DNA of 64,000 nucleotides from Bdellovibrionales bacterium (GTDB lineage Bacteria; Bdellovibrionota; Bdellovibrionia; Bdellovibrionales; UBA1609): NCBI GenBank assembly GCA_965205945.1, contig CBDBIB010000003.1, positions 32,001 to 96,000 of the forward strand, read 5' to 3'. Shown piece by piece: positions 57,249 to 64,000 of this stretch (position 1 is its first letter; each line of letters starts with the position of its first letter). The notes under the pieces were generated by a model. It saw only the letters and a program-made list of their open reading frames with translations, ran no database searches and was not told where the DNA came from. The position numbers and the translations under genes were made by a program.

Positions 57249-58028
57249 ATGTTTTTTTTCTTTTTAGTAATACTTGGCTTAAATGGTTTTGCTTGCGTGC
57301 ATAAAAGCTCAAGAAAACCTGCTAGTACTAGTCTAGCAACGGGAGGAGACCTGGTCTTTACGTCGGGGGAAGAAAATCTTAGTTTTCAAGGGGAACCAAA
57401 CATTACAGGGAATCCAGACTTAGTAGAACCATATCCTCCTAGGGGAGCAGCGTTTACTAAAAGTCTTACTCACTCTAGAAATCTTACTAATGAAAATTTT
57501 TTAAATTTTAGTTTGATTCAAAAAGCCAACCATATTCATGATATTGCATCAATTATAATTGAGACTCATAACTTTGATTATAGTCCTCGAATAATAACGT
57601 GTAAAATTTATAAAGAATCAACTTTTAATCCACAAATTGAGGCAAAGCATACTTCAGCAAAAGGAATATCACAGGTTACAGATGGCACAGTAGGGGCTGT
57701 TTTTTCTCAAAAAACTCGAATAGGATTTGAATTTAAAACACCAGGATTTCAAAATATTAAAGAAAAATCTGAATTTATAAAGCGTATGGCAGGATCGATG
57801 AATGCTCAAATTGAGTTAGGTATTGCTGTTTTAAAGCTTAAGAGCGTTGAGTCAGGCTCTTTAAGAATTAAAACTCTTTTAAGAAGGTATTATGGACACA
57901 AAAAACAAATCTGTAATAAAGATTATGCAAATAGGATTTTTGATTGTGCACTTTGTATTAAGAGGTTAAAGGGAATTTCAAAAAAATGTTTAAAGAAGGC
58001 GGGGGGAGCAAAGAATGGTTGTGGTTAA
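57249..58028 (+). CDS. Lytic transglycosylase (SLT-like) exported protein/lipoprotein
   Basis: KESTFNP and AKGISQV lysozyme-fold motifs, RRYYG; FAC lipobox-like sequence. Confidence 0.72.
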   Translation: MFFFFLVILGLNGFACVHKSSRKPASTSLATGGDLVFTSGEENLSFQGEPNITGNPDLVEPYPPRGAAFTKSLTHSRNLTNENFLNFSLIQKANHIHDIASIIIETHNFDYSPRIITCKIYKESTFNPQIEAKHTSAKGISQVTDGTVGAVFSQKTRIGFEFKTPGFQNIKEKSEFIKRMAGSMNAQIELGIAVLKLKSVESGSLRIKTLLRRYYGHKKQICNKDYANRIFDCALCIKRLKGISKKCLKKAGGAKNGCG

Positions 58029-58440
58029 AATTATCGTAGTAGCTTTAGTGTTCATGGCAGTAACAAATGTTTTTGCTTGGAGTATGCGTAGTGAGTATGA
58101 ACCGGTGCCGGGGAAAACTATAAAAAGAACAGTTTTGAAATTTTGGGGTGATGGTGTACAAAGCGAATATAGATCTGTTAATGCACCGTATTTAATGAGC
58201 GCAAGAAAGCAGTTAAAATTACAATCTAGGCAGAATGTTTTTATAACGGTTTGGGGCTTAGGGGCTCAATCAGTGATGTATAGGGTTTTTAACCCTTCTA
58301 TAAAGAGAGAAAAACCTATTTGTGAGCTGTGGTCAGCTTCTGACAAGTTTAAACACCGAATTAAAGAGGGTAAACTTCAGATTAAGGTTCTTAAAAGCTC
58401 AAAGCCAAAGCCTATGTGGAAGTGGGAAAGTTGTAGTTAG
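58015..58440 (+). CDS. Secreted hypothetical protein
   Basis: Signal peptide ending VFA; overlaps the SLT gene; two Cys. Confidence 0.7.
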   Translation: MVVVKIIVVALVFMAVTNVFAWSMRSEYEPVPGKTIKRTVLKFWGDGVQSEYRSVNAPYLMSARKQLKLQSRQNVFITVWGLGAQSVMYRVFNPSIKREKPICELWSASDKFKHRIKEGKLQIKVLKSSKPKPMWKWESCS

Positions 58441-58496
58441 GCAAAAAGGTTAAATGTTATTGGATAGGCTTAGTGTTAAAAAGGATCAGTAAAAAA

Positions 58497-58572
58497 TGGC
58501 TCAGGTGGAGAGACTCGAACTCCCGACAAAGTGATTAACAGTCACCTACTCTACCGACTGAGTTACACCTGA
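58497..58572 (-). tRNA. tRNA-Asn(GTT)
   Basis: Cloverleaf TCAGGTG...GGTGA CT GTT AA TCACT...GTTCGAGTC...CACCTGA G CCA. Confidence 0.97.
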
Positions 58573-58583
58573 ACAAAGAAAAT

Positions 58584-58613
58584 AATCTAATCTGTATTAA
58601 AAGTTTTTGTCAA
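58584..58613 (-). promoter_or_regulatory. Sigma70-like promoter of tRNA-Asn
   Basis: TTGACA-N18-TAGATT on the minus strand, 11 nt before the tRNA. Confidence 0.55.
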
Positions 58614-58697
58614 TGTGAGATTGAGGGAAAAACTTGTCTTTTTAGTTTTGTAGTCGAAGAGGAGCTTTTTTTAAGTATAATTTTAAAAAAGAGGTTC

Positions 58698-58895
58698 TTA
58701 ATTAGAGGACCTTGTAGCTGGGATGATAAACTGTGGTTGTTTTTTAGAGGCGTTTTTTTTAATTAATTGATACTTATAATAGCTTAGACCGGCAAAAGAC
58801 ATACATAGTAGTATAATTTTGATGATCCAGGGACTCTTTGCAAAATGCCGCGCTTGTAAGAGATGGTGAAATTCTTTGGGTTTTGGTTTAGCCAT
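58698..58895 (-). CDS. Small single-TM hypothetical protein
   Basis: 65-aa ORF with a central hydrophobic segment. Confidence 0.45.
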   Translation of the reverse strand: MAKPKPKEFHHLLQARHFAKSPWIIKIILLCMSFAGLSYYKYQLIKKNASKKQPQFIIPATRSSN

Positions 58896-59168
58896 ATGTT
58901 TATTGAAAGCTATTTTTTGCGTACATACAAGAATAAGGTTTTAAGTTTTAAGGCTCTCTTTTTTTGCATGAAGTATAAAAGGTTATGAAGTTTTTAAAAG
59001 GCTTAATTCTTAGATTTAATCATTAATATTCATTAAAGGTATTTATTTAATCTGACAAAAGTATGAGAATTTATTTAGTTTAAAGTATTAAACTTAAAGG
59101 TTTAGTTTTTTAAAACCGGACTTTAGGCTGTATATACAATATGAATTAGTTAGAGCATTGACTGTAGT

Positions 59169-59897
59169 TTGTTATTTGTAAGGCTTACTGTGATGAGGTG
59201 GTATGGTGTAGTAAGTCTTTTTTATATTTTGGTAATGGGTTTGTTTTATCAAGGTTATGTAGAGAAAAAGCAGTTTAATTACCCATCAAAAACTTTCTTT
59301 CAAATTTACGGTCTAGATGTTTCCCACCATCAGGGTAAAATCAATTGGGATGAGGTTGGCAAGACAGATTTTAAATTCGTATATATTAAGGCAACGGAGG
59401 GAGAATCTTTTAAAGACCCTAATTTTTTAAAAAACTATAGAAAAGCAAAAAAGCAAAAAATGATTGTAGGGGGTTATCATTTTTGGACTTTTTGTAAAAC
59501 TGCTCAAGAGCAAATCAAGAATATACAAGCGGTGATTCCATATTCTGCAGGAGACTTAATTCTTGCCATTGATATGGAGTCAGTTTACTCCTGTGGGAAG
59601 AAGAAAAGTCATGATAGAGTTACTCGAGATTTAGAAAAAATCAATGAAAGGCTTTTTAAAATTTATGGTGTTTATCCAGTGATTTATACAACTGGTGAAT
59701 TTGTAAAGGTTCACCCTGAAATTTTAAAATTTCCAAATATATTTTGGCAACGCTCTTTATTTGGACCACCGTTATATAAAAGAAAATGGGGTATTTGGCA
59801 GTATTATAATAGAGCTAAAGTTAAAGGAATTAAGGGAGGGGTTGATGTGAATGTTTTTAATAGTAAATTGCTTTTTAGTAAAATTATTCAAAAGTAA
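59169..59897 (+). CDS. GH25 lysozyme (muramidase), membrane-anchored
   Basis: GLDVSHHQG, YIKATEG, GGYHF, IDME (DxE), IWQY, VDVNVF. Confidence 0.94.
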   Translation: MLFVRLTVMRWYGVVSLFYILVMGLFYQGYVEKKQFNYPSKTFFQIYGLDVSHHQGKINWDEVGKTDFKFVYIKATEGESFKDPNFLKNYRKAKKQKMIVGGYHFWTFCKTAQEQIKNIQAVIPYSAGDLILAIDMESVYSCGKKKSHDRVTRDLEKINERLFKIYGVYPVIYTTGEFVKVHPEILKFPNIFWQRSLFGPPLYKRKWGIWQYYNRAKVKGIKGGVDVNVFNSKLLFSKIIQK

Positions 59898-60126
59898 ATA
59901 TTATAGTTTGTTAGGAATTAACTGCTGTTATAGCTTAACAAATGTTATCTATGTAAATTAGAATTTAGTGTTAAAGAAAAAAATATCTAAAGGGGTTATT
60001 TTCTTGTGTTTGCTTTTTAGTGGTTCATAGTAAAAACCTTATTAAGATAAAGTGGTCACTATTTTTCGAGGATTTTAAGTTTATCAATTTTTGAGTATTT
60101 AACGTTATTAATGAATTTTAAAATAA

Positions 60127-60218
60127 TGGCGGAGGAGGGGGGATTCGAACCCCCGGTACGATGTTACTCGCACGACAGATTAGCAATCTGCTGGTTTCAG
60201 CCACTCACCCACTCCTCC
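60127..60218 (-). tRNA. tRNA-Ser(GCT)
   Basis: GGAGGAG acceptor stem, GCAGA TT GCT AA TCTGT anticodon arm, long variable arm, GTTCGAATCC, CCA. Confidence 0.96.
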
Positions 60219-60287
60219 ACAAAGTGGTAGTCTAGTTAATTAAAGACAAAATTTTGCCATTAAATCAAAGGGCAATCAATCCACTTA

Positions 60288-60866
60288 TTAATAATTTTCA
60301 GGGAAGAGCTTTCTTTCAATGGTTTCAATTACTGTATGAATGATTTTTATGTGCATTTCCTGAACACGACCCGAATCATCTGCTGGCACCACGATAGGAA
60401 CATCCACCATATCTTTAAGTTTTCCACCTGTTTTACCAAGTAAGCCTATGGTTTTCATGCCAATTCTTTGCGCTGTTGTAACAGCCTTTATAACATTTAC
60501 TGAATTTCCACTTGTAGATAGCGCTACAAGAATGTCTTCAGACCTTCCTAAAGCTTTAACTTGTCTTGAAAAAATATACTCAAAGCCGTAGTCATTTGAT
60601 GTACAAGTGACATGAGAAGCGTCACCAAGAGCTAAAGCACCTAAGGGGCGTCTTTTTTTTAAAAACTGGCCTGTTAGTTCTTCAGCAAAATGCATAGCAT
60701 CGCAATGACTTCCACCATTTCCACAAGATAAGGCTTTTCCATTGTTTTTATAGCATTCTAAAAGTATATCAGAAAAGTGCTCGCACTGTTTTATAAGTTC
60801 ATCACAACTTATAAAGTCTTTAATTATAGACTGGGCTTTTAATAGATTATTTTTCCAAATATTCAT
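60288..60866 (-). CDS. gmhA: Phosphoheptose (sedoheptulose-7-P) isomerase
   Basis: CGNGGSHCDAMHFAEE, NDYG, STSGNS, QEMH. Confidence 0.96.
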   Translation of the reverse strand: MNIWKNNLLKAQSIIKDFISCDELIKQCEHFSDILLECYKNNGKALSCGNGGSHCDAMHFAEELTGQFLKKRRPLGALALGDASHVTCTSNDYGFEYIFSRQVKALGRSEDILVALSTSGNSVNVIKAVTTAQRIGMKTIGLLGKTGGKLKDMVDVPIVVPADDSGRVQEMHIKIIHTVIETIERKLFPENY

Positions 60867-60936
60867 TCTATGTAACTATTGCAGCAGGTTTTATTGATTT
60901 TCAACCATTTTATGATAGTGATATTTTTAATTTTGC

Positions 60937-61013
60937 GCGCTCGTAGCTCAGCTGGATAGAGTACCTGACTACGAATCAGGTGGTCGGAGGTTCGACTCCT
61001 TCCGGGCGCGCCA
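60937..61013 (+). tRNA. tRNA-Arg(ACG)
   Basis: GCGCTCG...CCTGA CT ACG AA TCAGG...GTTCGACTCC...CGGGCGC G CCA. Confidence 0.97.
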
Positions 61014-61049
61014 TTTTAATTTATAAACTATGTTTTAGGATGGACACAA

Positions 61050-61802
61050 TTATTTTAATTTGAGTTGACTCCAGAAGCTTTTATGCCAGTTTAAATTTTT
61101 TATCCCAACTGTTTGAACATCTTTGCTCTCATTAAAGCTGTTAAAGAGCTTGTCCCATAAAATAATAGAGAATCCAAAGTTAGAAAGGGCAAGTTTTGAA
61201 TCTGTACTATGGTGAATTCTATGTAATTTAGGAGTAAATAAAAATTTTTCAATGACCTTATTGATATCCTCTTTAAGTTTGATATTTGAGTGATTAAACA
61301 AAGAGCAGGAACTTAAAAAAACTTCAAACCATATAAAGTTTCTTAATGAAACACCTAGTAAGATAATTATAAAGCCTTTCCATAAAGCTGAAATAAATAT
61401 TTCTAAAAAATGAAACCGTACAGCGGTTGATACTGTCATTGCGTTATCTGAATGGTGCACTTTATGAATTTTCCAAAACCAGGGCCATTTATGAGAAGCA
61501 CTATGCTGGATGTATAGGGCTAAATCAAAAACAATAAAGGTTATAATTAGGTTTAACCAATTAGGCGTATTTATTTGATAGAAAAGTCCCCATTTTAAAA
61601 AATTAGAAAGTTCAAAAAAGTTTTTACCTGTTATATAAAAAAACATGAAAAGAAAAATTTGGGATATAAAAACATGAAAGAAATTATGAAAAAATCTTTT
61701 AAAGGTTTCGATATTATCTTTTTTTAATGGTCTCCACTTTTGAAGAAGAAGAAAGGTTATTAGAAAAAAAATGAATATTAATATTCTATAAAGATTATCC
61801 AT
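61050..61802 (-). CDS. Sterol desaturase / fatty-acid hydroxylase family protein
   Basis: His boxes HSASH, HKVHH, HRIHH; NFG...WDKLF. Confidence 0.92.
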   Translation of the reverse strand: MDNLYRILIFIFFLITFLLLQKWRPLKKDNIETFKRFFHNFFHVFISQIFLFMFFYITGKNFFELSNFLKWGLFYQINTPNWLNLIITFIVFDLALYIQHSASHKWPWFWKIHKVHHSDNAMTVSTAVRFHFLEIFISALWKGFIIILLGVSLRNFIWFEVFLSSCSLFNHSNIKLKEDINKVIEKFLFTPKLHRIHHSTDSKLALSNFGFSIILWDKLFNSFNESKDVQTVGIKNLNWHKSFWSQLKLK

Positions 61803-61854
61803 GGCGATATTGTAACAGTTTAAAAGATGTTTAAGCTAGCCGTTTTTATTAAAA

Positions 61855-63438
61855 TCACCCTAGAGCAGATATTGAAAATTTAAGCTTTGGATTGTCTCGC
61901 TCTAGCCAGTTTAAATCCCATTCTGATTGAAGTAGTATAACGGGAAGCTCATAATTATCTAAAAAGACCCTGTCTATACCCTTAGGGCAGTCATAGAAAG
62001 GTTTTTCAGTTTCTTTATCAAAGACCCACCTAGCTATTTTAAAATCAAGTCTTTCAAGTCTAGAATTTATATTATACTCGTCTTTAAGCCTACGTAAAAG
62101 AACTTCAAACTGAAGCTCTCCAATAACACCAAGAATAGAGTCTTGCTTTCCGATATTAGGATCGAAAAAGAATTGAATCAGACCTTCTTCTACTAAATGC
62201 TGTAAAGCTTCATTCATTTTCTTACGTTTTAAAGGATCTTTTATACTCACTCGGCCAAAGAGTTCAGGAGCAAAGCGAGGAATAGGCTCAAACTCTATCT
62301 TTTTTTTCAATGTAATTGTATCGCCTATTTGAAAGTTTCCAGTATCGCTAACTCCTATAATGTCTCCAGAAAATGCTTGATCAATGGTCTCTCGATCTCC
62401 AGCAATAAATTGATTTGCATAAGAAAGTCTTAGATCTCTTTTTAGCCGTTGATGAGTTACTTTCATTCCTCTTTTAAAAACACCACTACAAATTCTTATA
62501 AAAGCCACACGATCTCTATGATTTTTATCCATATTAGCTTGAATTTTAAAGACAAAACCTGAGAAGTCTTTTTCTTTAGAATCTAACTCTCCAATTGAAG
62601 TTTTACGTGGGCGAGGTGATGGTGCATATTTACAAAAAAGATTTAAAAAAAGATCAACACCCCAATTGTTTTTTGCAGAGCCAAAAATCATGGGACTCAC
62701 TTCACCCCTTAAAAACTCTTTTGGATCAAACAATCCTAAAGTTCCGTCTAAAAGTTCAATGGACTCTATATATGTATTATAAACTTCACTGTCGTTTATA
62801 CGTTCTTTAATTAAAGGATCATTAAAATCACTAACATTTACAATTTCAGGTTCAATTCTACCACGAGTAAAAAAGTACACTTTCTTTTTTTCTCGATGAT
62901 ATAAGCCTTTAAATCTATTTCCAATACCTATGGGCCAGGTAATAGGGAAGCACTTCATTTCTAAAGTCTTTTCAACATCATCAATAAGATCTAAAGGATC
63001 TTTACCTTCTCTATCCATTTTATTAGCAAAAGTAAAAATAGGCATTTTTTTAAGTTTACATACTTCATAAAGTTTTCTTGTTTGAGTTTCTACTCCCTTT
63101 GCTGCATCTATAAGCATAACAGCAGAGTCTGCTGCAATTAAAGTTCTGTATGTGTCTTCAGAGAAATCTTTGTGCCCTGGAGTATCTAAAAGATTAATCC
63201 TTAAGCCCATATGATCAAAACTCATTACTGAAGATGTTATAGAAACCCCTCTTTCTCGCTCCATAGCCATCCAATCAGAAGTCACAGCTTTTGATCCTTT
63301 TTTACCTTTAACTTCACCAGTTGAGCGAATCACGCCACTAGCATAGAGAATTTTTTCTGTTATAGTGGTTTTACCAGCGTCTGGATGAGAAATAATTGCA
63401 AATGTTTTACGTCGATTGACCTCTTCTATAAAGCTCAT
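61855..63438 (-). CDS. prfC: Peptide chain release factor 3
   Basis: RRKTFAIISHPDAGKTT, SDWM, DTPGHKDFSEDTYR. Confidence 0.98.
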   Translation of the reverse strand: MSFIEEVNRRKTFAIISHPDAGKTTITEKILYASGVIRSTGEVKGKKGSKAVTSDWMAMERERGVSITSSVMSFDHMGLRINLLDTPGHKDFSEDTYRTLIAADSAVMLIDAAKGVETQTRKLYEVCKLKKMPIFTFANKMDREGKDPLDLIDDVEKTLEMKCFPITWPIGIGNRFKGLYHREKKKVYFFTRGRIEPEIVNVSDFNDPLIKERINDSEVYNTYIESIELLDGTLGLFDPKEFLRGEVSPMIFGSAKNNWGVDLFLNLFCKYAPSPRPRKTSIGELDSKEKDFSGFVFKIQANMDKNHRDRVAFIRICSGVFKRGMKVTHQRLKRDLRLSYANQFIAGDRETIDQAFSGDIIGVSDTGNFQIGDTITLKKKIEFEPIPRFAPELFGRVSIKDPLKRKKMNEALQHLVEEGLIQFFFDPNIGKQDSILGVIGELQFEVLLRRLKDEYNINSRLERLDFKIARWVFDKETEKPFYDCPKGIDRVFLDNYELPVILLQSEWDLNWLERDNPKLKFSISALG

Positions 63439-63464
63439 ACTTTACGTGTAGCATATTCTATGTT

Positions 63465-63719
63465 ATGAATACAAAAGTTATGGCGGATAAAACTGATAAA
63501 TATGATGAAAATGTGGAAGGTAAATTCTATGTTGACCGTTCATGTATTGCTTGTGATGCCTGCGTAACAACAGCGCCGAATAATTTTGGAATGGATGAAG
63601 AAGATGGCCACTCTTTTTTAATAAAACAGCCTACAGATGAAGAAGAAATTGAAATGTGCGAAGAAGCAATGGAAGGCTGTCCTGTTGAAGCTATTGGTGA
63701 TGATGGAAGTAATGATTAA
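63465..63719 (+). CDS. Single-cluster 4Fe-4S ferredoxin (start may be ATG 63480)
   Basis: CIACDAC...CPVEAI. Confidence 0.93.
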   Translation: MNTKVMADKTDKYDENVEGKFYVDRSCIACDACVTTAPNNFGMDEEDGHSFLIKQPTDEEEIEMCEEAMEGCPVEAIGDDGSND

Positions 63720-63778
63720 ATGCTTTGTTTAAAAAAAACAAAGCATCTAGATCCTTTATTTAAGAAATATGGGTGTTA

Positions 63779-64000
63779 TTATACTTTTCTTAGTGAGTAG
63801 TACTCTGTGAATAAACCTGATTGAAAAGGGAATGGAATTGCTTCAACTCCTGGTACACTAATAACTTTTCCAATTTCAGTATTTTCCTTAGTTTCTTTTA
63901 TAAGATATGCGGGAACTTCCATTCTTGGACTGTCTTTAGCATGCAAGTAAGCTTGATGTTGTAAAGATTTAGCTCTAATTGAAATTTCATCTCCAACATT
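63779..64000 (-). CDS. rpsD: 30S ribosomal protein S4, C-terminal part (partial, not in ORF track)
   Basis: Manual translation NVGDEISIRAKS...VPAYL...GKVISVP...LFTEYYSLRKV* resembles the S4 C-terminus (VGDxIxV...EYYS). Confidence 0.8.
   Translation of the reverse strand, partial: NVGDEISIRAKSLQHQAYLHAKDSPRMEVPAYLIKETKENTEIGKVISVPGVEAIPFPFQSGLFTEYYSLRKV

Noticed and set aside
58441..61049. Possible prophage or island at the tRNA cluster (GH25 lysozyme)
   Set aside because: No integrase, no duplicated tRNA 3' end and no phage structural genes seen

Overview
AT-rich bacterial chromosome segment spanning the replication origin. Gene content and order point to a Bdellovibrionota (Bdellovibrio-like predator), which is an inference from synteny. 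Left arm (minus strand): dnaA-oriC-dnaN-recF-gyrB-gyrA-TPR lipoprotein-atpI-like-atpB-atpE, then an S8 protease and an IS1595-type transposase remnant at the window edge. Right arm: rpmH-rnpA-yidD-yidC-jag-mnmE-mnmG-rsmG-(2x parS)-parA-parB-bactofilin, the F0 b'/b plus F1 atp operon, nagZ, an outer-membrane barrel, mfd, a nuoJKLMN cluster, patatin, an HTH protein and an OmpA-domain protein. These are followed by a Tad/Flp pilus locus ending in a YD-repeat protein and a Hit(Bd0108)-like small secreted protein, then a CheY-like regulator, groEL/ES, cell-wall hydrolases, three tRNAs, gmhA, prfC, a ferredoxin and the 3' end of rpsD. Main observations: (1) the complex I membrane arm has lost many proton-pumping charged residues and nuoL is both internally deleted and frameshifted, while the other four ORFs remain open; (2) a hit-locus-like Tad/RHS system; (3) a recurring sigma28-like promoter 6-9 nt upstream of start codons, suggesting a leaderless regulon; (4) a TPR lipoprotein whose signal peptide can only be translated from a non-canonical ATC start or by gyrA read-through; (5) a clear oriC with DnaA-trios and a paired parS site. 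All calls were made by eye, with no database searches.
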